Source: Macrostomum lignano (Eukaryota). From it: a stretch of DNA of 64,000 bases. Positions 13,250-25,001 of this stretch are shown here, piece after piece; the stretch's first letter is position 1, and each line of letters opens with the position of its first letter. Both the position numbers and the translations under genes were made by a program. The stretch covers positions 62,001-126,000 of the forward strand of contig NIVC01000722.1 in NCBI GenBank assembly GCA_002269645.1, given 5' to 3'. The notes under the pieces are model-generated. The model did not search any database and was not told the DNA's origin. It saw nothing but the letters and a program-made list of their open reading frames with translations.

Positions 13250-14420
13250 CTTAGGAAATCTCATCCTAGGGGATTAAAATCCAGTTGGGAAATCTCATCC
13301 TTTGGGATTTAAAGCCAATTGGGAAATCTCATCCTTGAAATTTAAATCCAATTGGGAAATCTCACCCTTTGATATTTGAATCCAATACGGAAATCTCATC
13401 CTTTAAGATTTTAATCAAATTGGGAAATCTCATCCTTTGGGATTTAAATCCAAATATGAAATCTCATCCTTGAAATTTGATGCCAATCGGGAAATCTCAT
13501 CCTTTGAGATTTGCATCTAATTAGGAAATATTATGCTTTGAGATTTGAATCCAATTGAGAAATCTCATCCTTTGAGATTTAAATCCAATTGAGAAATCTC
13601 ACCCTTTGATATTTGAATCCAATACGGAAATCTCATCCTTTAAGATTTTAATCAAATTGGGAAATCTCATCCTTTGGGATTTAAATCCAAATAGGAAATC
13701 TCATCCTTGAAATTTGATGCCAATTGGGAAATCTCATCCTTTGGGATTTAAATCCAATCGGGAAATCTCATCCTTTGAGATTTGCATCTAATTAGGAAAT
13801 ATTATGCTTTGAGATTTGAATCCAATTGAGAAATCTCATCCTTTGAGATTTGAATCCAATTGAGAAATCTCACCCTTTGAGATTTGAATCCAATTGGGAA
13901 ATCTCATCCTTTGAGATTTGAATCCAATTGAGAAATCTCACCCTTTGATATTTGAATCCAATACGGAAATCTCATCCTTTAAGATTTTAATCAAATTGGG
14001 AAATCTCATCCTTTGGGATTTAAATCCAAATAGGAAATCTCATCCTTGAAATTTGATGCCAATTGGGAAATCTCATCCTTTGGGATTTAAATCCAAATAG
14101 GAAATCTCATCCTTGAAATTTGATGCCAATTGGGAAATCTCATCCTTTGGGATTTAAATCCAATCGGGAAATCTCATCCTTTGAGATTTGCATCTAATTA
14201 GGAAATATTATGCTTTGAGATTTGAATCCAATTGAGAAATCTCATCCTTTGAGATTTGAATCCAATTGAGAAATCTCACCCTTTGAGATTTGAATCCAAT
14301 TGGGAAATCTCATCCTTTGAGATTTGAATCCAATTGGGAAATCTCATCCTTTGAGATTTGAATCCAATCGGGAAATCTCATCCTTTGAGATTTGAATCCA
14401 ATCGGGAAATCTCACTCTTT
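13250..14420. repeat. ~34-bp minisatellite with an internal hairpin
   Basis: GGGAAATCTCATCCTTTGAGATTTGAATCCAATT; AAATCTCA...TGAGATTT is an 8-bp stem with a 5-nt loop. Confidence 0.95.
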
Positions 14421-15552
14421 CAGCTGCGCAGTGTCCAAAAGTTGGACACAAAGGTAGTCGACTAAGCCTGAAGGCGAGAAACTTACAAATACCGGTTCAA
14501 CCAAAATCTGTCACGTGTAAACAGATAATGATGAGGCTCTTTAGGGAAGCATTGGCAATCCAGATCCTCGTTGAAAATCGCCTTGGTTTTTGGACAGAAA
14601 TCGCGGTTGAAATAGGGAGGAATCCACTTTGACAGGCATCGCGACGGCGTCGGGATGGAGGGCGAGATATTGATGTGAGGGATTTCTTTTTTTTACTCTC
14701 CGACCCCTACATCGGTTGGCAAGCGGCGTCTCGTTCCGCATTGCCGCACACATTCAGTCCGCGCGTTCTTCTGTCTTCTTATTCTCACAGCCGGGTGAGG
14801 CTGGGCTAAGCCTGAGTTGAGCTGCCCCCCCCCCCTCGCAACCTGCCGTGTGGCGTGGCATTGGGGAATAGGATGGGGGGAGCTATAGAAGTCTCTGGCG
14901 CGTTTTAAGCCTCATCATTATTATTGAATCGTTTAATTGGAGCCTTACCTGCAAGCTTACCTTACCTTTTGCGGCCCCATTTGGGGAGTTGGACGTGGGG
15001 GGAGGCAGTGGGTTTTCTGAGCTCCTAAAAATTTTTCTCCGTCATGTCTCTCACTCTCACTCTCTCACTATAGTGTTTTGGCGTCTAGTTGTGCACTTTT
15101 ATGAGGACTGTCTCTCCTCTATACAGACTGGCGTTAACTTGATCTCACTTGAATTTAAATCGAGCTTACTCCACGTTTTTTCTTTTTAATATCGGATTTC
15201 ACTCTGTTTTGTTGCGAGTTTAACCGTCTTTAATTTGGGCCTCGTTTTTTCATCTCTGTACGAGTAGTTCGTTCAGTTATTTCTCGCTTGGTTGGGGGAG
15301 AGGTTTCTCAATTGCAGTCATTTTTTCTGCACTCCTGGGTATATATACCGGTACTCGTAGGTCAACTTTCAGCTTGAGGCTGAAGTCCACGTCCATGCAG
15401 TCTCCTTTATTTTCTTTTTTTGTCACCCTTGAGTTCCTCTTCAATGTGCCAAGTGTCGGGTTGGGGCAACCAATACTGTGATGGGGCGAGAAAAGTATGA
15501 ATTGAATGAGGAACCTGTATTCAGAAGAATGTGTCCTCACTATCTTGCCTTT

Positions 15553-15554
<2 letters not shown>

Positions 15555-15629
<75 letters not shown>

Positions 15630-15680
15630 GTGTGTGTCTGTCTGTGTCTGTCTGTCAGTGTCTGTCTGTCTGTCTGTCTA

Positions 15681-15725
<45 letters not shown>

Positions 15726-15754
15726 GTGTGTGTCTGTCTGTGTCTGTCTGTCAG

Positions 15755-15817
<63 letters not shown>

Positions 15818-15822
15818 GTGTG

Positions 15823-15857
<35 letters not shown>

Positions 15858-15886
15858 GTGTCTGTGTGTGTGTCTGTCTGTCTTAG

Positions 15887-15941
<55 letters not shown>

Positions 15942-16038
15942 GTGTCTGTGTGCCCGTCTGTCTGTCTGTCTGTCTGTGTGTCTGTCTGTCTGTCTGTCTG
16001 TGTGTCTGTGTGTCTGTCTGTCTATCTGTCTGTCTGTT
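15555..16038. repeat. (TCTG)n microsatellite with TG interruptions
   Basis: Direct inspection. Confidence 0.98.
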
Positions 16039-17744
16039 TCTAAGCCAACTTATCGGTCTTCTTTGCCCTTTCACCTTATGATATCATATTTTTATTTATT
16101 AGTCAATATTTTCCGTCACCATTCAAGCCCGATGCGCACCCCCTGTAAAGTGTTTAATTGAATTTTTATCGCGAACGCCCAGCTCTGGCTCCACTTTCTA
16201 GCAGCCGGTATAGTTAATTAACAATACGTAGAGTACTTTTAAGTGTCAACTGTACAATGTCTTCAGTTTGCCCGTGAGTTGGGTGCTGCAGTTTTATTAG
16301 GCGAAATCCGTCTAAATTCTTTCCCCCCTCTAAGATGCTGCCAGCCGTGCACTTGGGCCAAAGCTGCATTGGTTTGCAATGCTCCCCTCTCTTCCTAATT
16401 GAACGCATATACGGGCGTGTAAGCTGTGTGCGGAGCGGTACGCGCGCACACACAGCAGAGTAGCTGTTTTCGTATGAGATGAGGAAAGAAAGTTCTACCG
16501 CGTAATACGCCGCGCCGCGCCTAGCCGCTATATGGCATAGATCGTTTTGCGCCTCTTCTAGGAGCGAAGGCCAAGCGGCAGGAAAGGGGCCTGCGGCCTG
16601 GGCGGATTTGCCTGCCTGCTAAGCCTTCTTCCTATGTGTTTGTTCAATAATGCATGCTTCCTGCCTTCCTTCTGCTGCCCCATCTTATCCCCCTCTCTCT
16701 GGATCCGTGAGCCGGCCAGCCGAGTCTGTAAATGTTGCAGCGCCGGAGCTGGCGCAGAGTATGGATGGCCGAGCAGAGCCATTCAGCTGTGGCTCCAATT
16801 TCATTACTCTACATCCAGCTTGGCCCCTCTCTGTATCTCGGTTTCTTGATTCTGCGGCACTTGACCGCTGGTCCTATATTGCTTAGCTGTATTAATATCA
16901 GATTGATCTCTCGCATGACTGATGAGCTCTTCTTAGTCGTATTAGTGGGATACGCACGCAGATCCTGCGTAATTGCGGGTGATTAAATTGTAGCGTGAAA
17001 AATACAGTAGTAATCCTGTTCCTTTCGGCAAAACTAAGGAGAATTTTTCAAATCCCTGAGTAGAGTTCAGTCTCTGTATGGTTGCACGTGTATATATCGG
17101 CTAGGTTACAAGGGCACTTACACTGATTAGCAATACGGCTTGCAGATATAAGGCTACTTTTACTTATTTGGTTGTTTTAGTCTAACTATAAGCACTGTTC
17201 AGCAATTGGTCATAAAACTGGGTTGCGGTAACTTTATAATCCCTTCCGTGTTTTTGTAAGTTTTATTTTCTGACAGTGGATAAAAATCCTTCTTGTACTA
17301 CACATGTATTTGTGGTGCCGGTCATTAACTAGCACTTTCTATTCACAAGCGAGCTTTTTTTCACGCATTTAAATACGAGCCCAGATTGCAACCGCAGCGC
17401 ACAGTAGAAAACAAATAAAAAAACTGCTTTCTTCTATTTAGAATAAGTAGCAATGCGTTAGGCCTGCGCCATTAAGGTAGCTATTTATTTGCACAGATGC
17501 TTAGAAGAAAACAACAAACACTTTTTGCTAATGTGTGCAAGCCGAGTAATTAATTACGATAATTGTGCCGCCGTTAGGTATATGATAAAATAACCAAGTA
17601 GAAAAATATTAGATTTTTTGTTTAATTAAACTGTGGCATACTATTCTGCACTAGACACGCTAATATTGCTAGCCTAGTTATGTTGGGGATACTCGAGCGC
17701 TATTGTTAGTTGACCAGTGATGTCACAAGCTCAAGCAACTGTGC

Positions 17745-19172
17745 TCACTGCCTCTCTTTGCCCCCGTGCACCTCCATCAGTCGCATGCGGCCCATTGCCA
17801 GAGCACACCTGTCCTCTTTGTCCATACGTTTGAATACCTGGCTGCGCTCGATTCGTTCAACGCTCCAGTCCATCAGGAGGCAGAGACTGACGCGTTCCAA
17901 TCGGGGACACCCATACACGCGAGCAAGGGCGTAGCACTCCATTGGGCACAGGCGCTGCTGCTGCCTGTGCAGATCCTTCTCCATGTCGGGGCCTGCAGGT
18001 TTCCCCGTCGGCGGCAGCTCCACTGGGTCTGTGCTAGCTAAGAATGCCTCCACAATAATGTCCTCCGCCGTCTGCTTGATGTGCTCAATCTGGTACTCAT
18101 TGGCTAGTATTATCATAGCCGGCGCCTGCTGCAGGCTGAGCCGATGCGGCGTGGACGGGTACAGCAGCCGGAGCAGCTCTTCGACATCGGTAGCCGATTT
18201 GCCGGGCAGCTGAATGAATTGTTCATGGCCGGGGCTGTAGCTTTGAAATGTGTCCTTCTGTAGTATCTTTGCAAACACTGGAGAGGCAGCGGTGAGCAGG
18301 TCTCGGAGGGTGTACAGTAGCTTGCCTTCAACCTCGATTATTAGATTGCTCTCCGGGTGATGGCAGTCTTCGCTGGTGCCCGGAATACTGTCCAGTTTTT
18401 TCGGGCTAGCGCTCTCCTTGTAAACCTGGGCAATTCAATTCGAATTAGAGGGCATTCAGCAAAGAGAGCAATTAATGCGTTTGAAGGCTACTCAATTGCC
18501 ACTGGACCGGACAAATCAAGCCTATTATTTGACTTCTTTTTCAAGAGCCCGATAGCTTGAAATATTGTATAGTACGATAATAAATAAGCCTTGCGTTATG
18601 TGAACTCTGGGATCCGAGGACTTTTCGCTATAAAAGTAAGCTTAAAGACCTTGAGGCATAACGATTTCACTTACCTGCGTGCCCTTGTTCACATAGTACG
18701 GATTCTCCGGCGGAAACCAGTCGCTATGCACCAAGTCGAAGTCAACCATGAGCTGATAGCGATCTCTGTAAGTGTTGTCCCGCTGAATGAGATCCTTGCG
18801 AACCCAGAATACGGACACGTCGCACTTGTTTAGCACGCTCAGCTTCGAGTGAAACGTCAACTCCTTCCAACCGCAGTCGCGGCTCATGTACTTGAATCTC
18901 AACAGCAGATGACACGCTTTAAGTGGCAGTACCGGCTTCACTTTTAATTGGAAGAACCGTTTCTGGCCCTCAACTGTGCAGTACATATGGCAGATCAAGT
19001 GCTCAGCTACTAGCCGCATCTCGCGAGCTTCAGCATCGTCCGAAGCTGGCGGACTAACGATAAAGTCGATCAGTCGTTTTGGAGTGCACTTGCGACCGTC
19101 ATCGGGCACGTAGAATTGCGTCTGCAACGGTTTGAGAAACGTTGTCGACAACCGGCCCTGATCGGCTGACAT
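17745..19172 (-). CDS. BTB/POZ-domain protein with a probable divergent N-terminal MATH domain, ~392 aa. Exons 19172-18675 and 18425-17745
   Basis: Donor CAG|GTAAGT at 18675/18674 and acceptor TTGCCCAG|GTT at 18426/18425, both phase 0. Exon 2 encodes a classic BTB start (SNLIIEVEGKLLYTLRDLLTAASPVFAKIL...IQLPGKSATDVEELLRLLYP...MIILANEYQIEHIK). Exon 1 ends in a MATH-like pattern (VFWVRKDLIQRDNTYRDRYQLMVDFDL); the MATH call is weaker than the BTB call. Confidence 0.8.
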
Positions 19173-22100
19173 AGCCTTTTCTTAGAAATCTAGAAATCCG
19201 GTAGCTTTTCCCACTTCAAAGCTGCGTGCTTCCTTTGCTGCGTGCCGGGGCTCGAAGTTTAGTCCTCCTCTTCTCTGGAGCCTATGCTAGAGTAGGCTGC
19301 CCAGTTTGCCTGTTTTATTCTCTCTAGCGTCTTCCTCATTCGGCCCCTCTAGAATGAAGCACCCTTAAAGGGAACTGAACTCCCTGTCCTCCACTCTGAG
19401 CTTGCAGCGATTCTATTGGCTCGCCGACTTGAGTTCAAATCCTCCGACAGAACTGCTTCAGTTCTTCATTTTCAACAGGATTTCCTTCGTTGGCAAGTGG
19501 GAATGGAACGAGAGCTAGAAAATGAAAAAAGCTATTTCTTTGCTAAAAATGTTCACGAGTGTCTTATCCAGATTGCCCTAAGCAATACAAATACAACAAA
19601 AAATGCCTTCAGTCAGTAATATTCGTCTTTTTCCCTTCTCGCTTTCAGTCATGGATAATAAAATTTACATTTTGGGAGAGACACTTTCTTCCCAAAGTTT
19701 GCAGCACCATAGCAATGCATGAATATTTGTCAACTTAGTTGCTTTAAGCTATTAGCTACCCCACAACGTGTTTTTTTTAGACAAGCCTCACCCTCACTAT
19801 CTGTTCAGAATTCAGACAAAAAAATAGATGACCTCTAAAATTCTAAAATGGAGAAATTTTCCCCGGCTTCCGGCTTCCCACATTTTTCCATAAAGCGCCA
19901 TAGCAAAGTCCAGTTAATTATCTTGATTAGAACTCGGATGAGAAACCTCATAAGCTCGTAATTTTTCCTGCACCAACTATGGCCTATTGTAAAAAAGAAT
20001 ATTACTTCTTCCCCCTTGCTTTTGGTTTCTCTTTGTCCATGTTCGCTTCCATTTCCTTTCCGCCCTTCCTTCATTCCATTTGCTCGGACCTCGGAACGCT
20101 GAAGTGACTTAGACTCCACTATCAGTTCCCAATTTCCATACATTGTCACCCTGGAGCATATCCTTGGAACAAGCCAGCCCTTACGAGTATTCACTACTCG
20201 CACAATTGTTTATAAAAGCGCACGTTGTTGTTCCTCTACCTCCAAAAGCTATGTATGTTCTTTAGTGCCTGTCCAGGGAAGCCTCTATGGTCACTGCGCT
20301 TCCCGGGATTCCATTCCTATTATCTAGGCACTAAGTATATCAAGATATCCTTGCAGAGTAGCAGGTTAGCAAAATGAACGTGTGTTCGTCTGTTAATATA
20401 GTTTTGTTAGAAATTTTTTGTCAGTTTTTGCTGCATTTCGTGCACCTTGAGAACAACACGTGCAGACCATTGAACAGTGATTTATGTAATATTATCGCGA
20501 ACCATACTGTATAAAATATTGTTTGAAAACGTTAATATTCCTCTTATTTAAATTCGATACTTACTCTGCTCCTAGAAGTTAGTAAAACAGAATTTTTTAT
20601 TATACTTAGGAAGTAGTATAGTGTAATGTCCATTCTATTCATTCATCCAAGCGGGACAAGAGTACACAGTGTTATCTGTATAATCGGAAATTTCTGTTGA
20701 GAGTTGAGACCCGTAGAAGTTTAAAGCACAAAAAGCTCAATGTCTGTCTTAGACTGGGCGAATGGGAACACGTGTAGCTGCCTTCCTTTCGTCGTCGAGA
20801 ATCTTCTCCGTCCTACAGGAGAACAGAATCCAAAGCAGCTGAATCGAATAATTCCCACGGAGAGTCGCTGAGACTGAGTTGAGACAGCAAAATCGATGCC
20901 TTGACCGTTTTTTTTATATTTTCTATCTTCTTTCCACTCGTTCGCCTAAGTTTCTTTTGGCACAAAGGGACAAGATACACGCGCTAGGGAACCTCTTTCC
21001 TTCGTGTGTTTTAGTTGTTTTTGTATTTAATTATTTAGTGACTGTGTAACAATAATATTTCCAGCATTTCTTGAATGCTATAATTGGGAATAGTTCTACG
21101 AGCATATCTGAGAGAAGACTGGTTATTACTTCTTAAGGCAATGATATTATGGCGAATAAATCTCCGCATCTGAAATCGAGATATCGAGATGTCAGGCCTT
21201 TTTTATACCCTTCAACATGAGACTCGCAATGATCGCTGACTGCAGGATATTCATGGAAATGGCAAGGGACTTGGCTCTCTTTATAACAAAGGCCAGCGAA
21301 CAGAGAAATAAGACGCTATAAAAGTGAAGCAGCACTGTCTTTTTTATGTCAGGCATTACATTTTACCGCTGCTCTATTTACTCCTCTACTATGGGATAAA
21401 AGGCACCCGGGGTTCTAATATCGCATTGCACTCAAGCTTCAACGTTGCATGCTTTCGCCACCACTCATTTACCTGGAAATTGACGGTTACCTGGAATTTA
21501 AGCTAGTTTTACTACTGCTGCTACTTCAGCATGGCTATCGATGTTATCTCTGGCAAGCTTTATTGATTTATTGATTTTTAGGGACATTCCCATCCTATCT
21601 TAAAGGTTTCCTTCTCCTCTTGAAATCTATTGCAAATCGGGGTAATGGAAGGTTTACTCAAGCAAGCAAGGTTTTGAGACTACTCATTGTGGGAGAATCG
21701 ACATATCCACAGATATCTTTCTCTATTCGAGTTTCCTTTGCTGATGGGGGAGGGCAAACTAGTCTATAATCATTTGCTGCTATGTGAACTAGCGAACGGT
21801 ATCATATTAATAAGTTATTAATCAACTTTAAGCTGCCCGATGAGCTTTCATCATTGACTAAAAGTCTTAGCCTCTGATCATATCGTATTTACATGAGGCA
21901 ATGGCTAAGACAAGTCTAAAGTTCTTCAGAGCCTTTCTGCTGAGCATGGTCCTTGAAGATCGTGCAGTCGTGACCGTGCAGGAATCATGCATTCTCCGCT
22001 GGACAGACTGCAGTGTTGGAATGTCTATGGCCAGTCCTGCTTCCGCACACCGGCCAGCAACGAATTTTTTATGCTCATTTAAGCTTAGGCGTGAAGTAGT

Positions 22101-22784
22101 TTTAAGAGGAATCATTGAAAATCATGTAGGACAGACTAAAATAACTAACTACAAGGGGAAAAGTACATTCGACAGAATTAATTACCGAACTAATGAGGCT
22201 TATCAATTCTAATTTTTTCATATCGAGTCCAGGGAAGCATGCATGCATAGTGGCGCACAATTTTGGCGCGTGATTCCTAACTGGCTTATTGAGGTTTTGC
22301 TTGATAAGAAATTAATTAATCGAATGTGTATATATATACATCTGGCCAGCTCTGCAGACTCATTAAAAAGTAAAAAGCCTGCGGCCCCCGCGTGGCCAGA
22401 TAAATTAGAGACAGCTCTGGGACTCGCCGCTTGCAGCTGGTGGAGAAAAAAAGCGATGAAATCCGCCCGTCCAACCTTTAGGGACCGGCACGGCATCCAT
22501 CATCGCCTTGGCGTGACGGCTAAACTCTGCTATATAGCCAAATGGTTTTCTCACGGGGACTAGCCAGCCAACTTTGCGTGCCTTAACCGTTAGTTTTTTC
22601 TATCGGCTTTAATCCAGTTTGCTCGCAAGATTTAGATTATCCGCTCCCATTATTAATTAGTCTCCAGATTTTTCCCTATTTTTTTGGCGCCTCCGAAGTT
22701 CTAAAACCTCTTCCTTGCCAGGGTCTTTAAATCCTTACAACGTTTTCGAATGGCCTCCGTTTGAATCTTATCAGTTACACAGTT

Positions 22785-23035
22785 CACAGTCTAAGAATCC
22801 CATCTGTTCACAGTCTAAGAATCCCATCTGTTCACAGTCTAAGATTCCCATCTGTTCACAGTCTAAGAATCCCATCTGTTCACAGTCTAAGAATCCTATC
22901 TGTTCACAGCTTTAGAATCCATCTGTTCACAGTCTATGAATTCCATCTGTTCACAGTCCCTAAGAATCCCATCTGTTCACAGTCCCTAAGAATCCCATCT
23001 GTTCACAGTCTAAGAATCCCGTTTGTTCACAATAT
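22785..23035. repeat. 24-bp minisatellite upstream of the RRM gene
   Basis: CACAGTCTAAGAATCCCATCTGTT, about ten copies. Confidence 0.93.
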
Positions 23036-23202
23036 CTAAGGATTCATGTCTAAGGATAACTATTTGATTATATAGTTAATTTTTAATAAATTAATAATTT
23101 CATAATGCAATAGAATTTACTAAGAATCATGAATCATAAATCATCATAATCACTAATCTGATAATTTGCCCGCATTCCAGCGCACCAGCCTCCTCCCGAG
23201 CC

Positions 23203-25001
23203 ATGAACCCGCCCAACAGCCGCAACACCCTGCTGGTCTCCGGCCTGTCCCGCAGCATCACCGTTGACGCCCTGATGGGCCACTTCTGCCAGTGGGGCCA
23301 CGTCGGCCGAGTCTACCTGGCCGGCACAGCCGACGCCGCGTTCGCCGCGGAGCTGCTCGCCGCCGCCGCCGGGCCGCACGCCGCCCTGATCGTGTTCACC
23401 GATCCCACCTCGGTTGATGCGGCGCTGCAGTCGGCCGGGCCGCACTGCCTCTATGACAGGCCCTACCGCATGGAGCGCTACCGCTGTCCGGAGTCCCCGG
23501 CCAGTCCGGCCGACTCCTCGCCGGAGTCTCAGCTGGCCAGCCTGCGCGATCGGTGCAACCAGCTGCACGTTGAGAACCAGCAGCTGGCCAGCCTGATCCC
23601 CGCCAAGGACAAAGCGGCCCGCCTGTTGCTAGGCAACGTGGAAGCCTGGCGCCAGAAGCTGGCCTGGGTGGAGAAGAAGCGCGTGGACGATTTGAATCGG
23701 CTGCAGATGAGCGTGGCCGAGCGGCAGCGATCGGTTGATCAGCTGAGCGCCGCGGCTGACAGCCTGCGCCAGCAGCTGGAGGAGCAGCGGGCAGCCGATT
23801 TGGCCGCCAACGCCAGGACTCGCTGGCAGGCCCTGCTAGAACGGGAGAACGCCGCCCTGCTGGCCGTTATGCACGGTGAGGACTACTTTTCCTTCGTTTG
23901 TCTACTTGTTAGTAGTAGGCTCGGTAAATGTTTGCATCTTGGAAGACAGATAGATTAATAATCCAGAGACTGGGGTATCAACAGATGGGGTGAGGGTGTC
24001 TACAGATGGAGTGAGGGTATCTACAGATGGAGTGAGGGTATCTACAGATGGGGTGAGGGTATCTGCAGACGGGACGATGGTATCTGCAGACGGGGTGAAG
24101 GTATCTACAGATGGGTGAGGGTCTACAGATGGGGGGGTATTTACAGACGGAGTGAGGGTATCTACAGACAGAGTGAGGGTATCTACAGACGGAGTGAGGG
24201 TATCTACAGAGTGAGGGTATCTACAGACGGAGTGAGGGTATCTACAGACAGAGTGAGGGTATCTACAGACGGAGTGAGGGTATCTACAGACAGGTTGGTG
24301 TAAGGGCATCTACAGACAGGTTGGTGTAAGGGCATCTACAGACAAGCTGGGGTGTCTTCAGGCAGACTAGTATATCTACAGACGCAGGCAGCTGGCATCT
24401 ATGGACCTAATCGATGCCGCCATTAATCCCCGCAGCCAAGAGCAAGGATCCGGGCCCAATGCAGCAGCTGGCCGCCACTCTGCAGTCGGCCCGTCAGGAG
24501 ATGCGCGCCCAGGAGGCGGAGAATTCGCGTCTCACGCAGCTGCTCAACCAGCGTGACGCCCAGTTCCGCCGGCTCACCGAGCAGCTGGAGGAAACCAACG
24601 GCAATCTGGGCCGGCTGGCCAATGAAGGCGGCGGCCAGCAGCAGCAGGTTGTGCAGTCTCTGACTGCCGAGCGGGATCGGCTGCGCGCTGAACTGCTGAA
24701 AGCTGTGGCCAGCAGCGGCGGCGGGGGAGGCAAAACTGGCGCGGAGGCTGCCGCCGGCCCCGATGCCGGCGGATTGGTGTCGGACGCTGAAAACGACGAT
24801 AACTCGTCAAAGAATGTCGGCGGCAACAAGCAGCAGGCTGAACAGGCTGAAGCTGCCGCTGCTGTCGAGGACAACAAAGCTGGCGTCTGTGGCGGCAGCG
24901 GCGTCGGAGACGAGAACGACACCCCTGAGCAGCCGGTCGCTGCGGCTACAGGCCGCAAACCGCTGGGTCCGATGAACTCAGCCCAGGCCGTGCAGCAGTG
25001 A
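23203..25001 (+). CDS. RRM-domain plus coiled-coil protein, ~412 aa. Exons 23203-23875 and 24436-25001
   Basis: Phase-1 donor G|GTGAG at 23876 joins phase-1 acceptor CCCCGCAG| at 24435, with a CTAAT branch motif at ~24407. The N-terminus is RRM-like (TLLVSGLSRSITVDALMGHFCQWGHVGRVYL...LIVF...PHCLYDRPY). It is followed by heptad-rich L/Q/E/R segments and an acidic Gly/Ala tail. Confidence 0.8.
23975..24345. repeat. 21-bp minisatellite in the RRM-gene intron
   Basis: GGAGTGAGGGTATCTACAGAC and variants. Confidence 0.92.

Noticed and set aside
15478-16161. Cys/Leu/Ser/Val-rich ORFs, and the YLSI ORFs at 56995-57641
   Set aside because: Translations of (TCTG)n and (GATA)n microsatellites.
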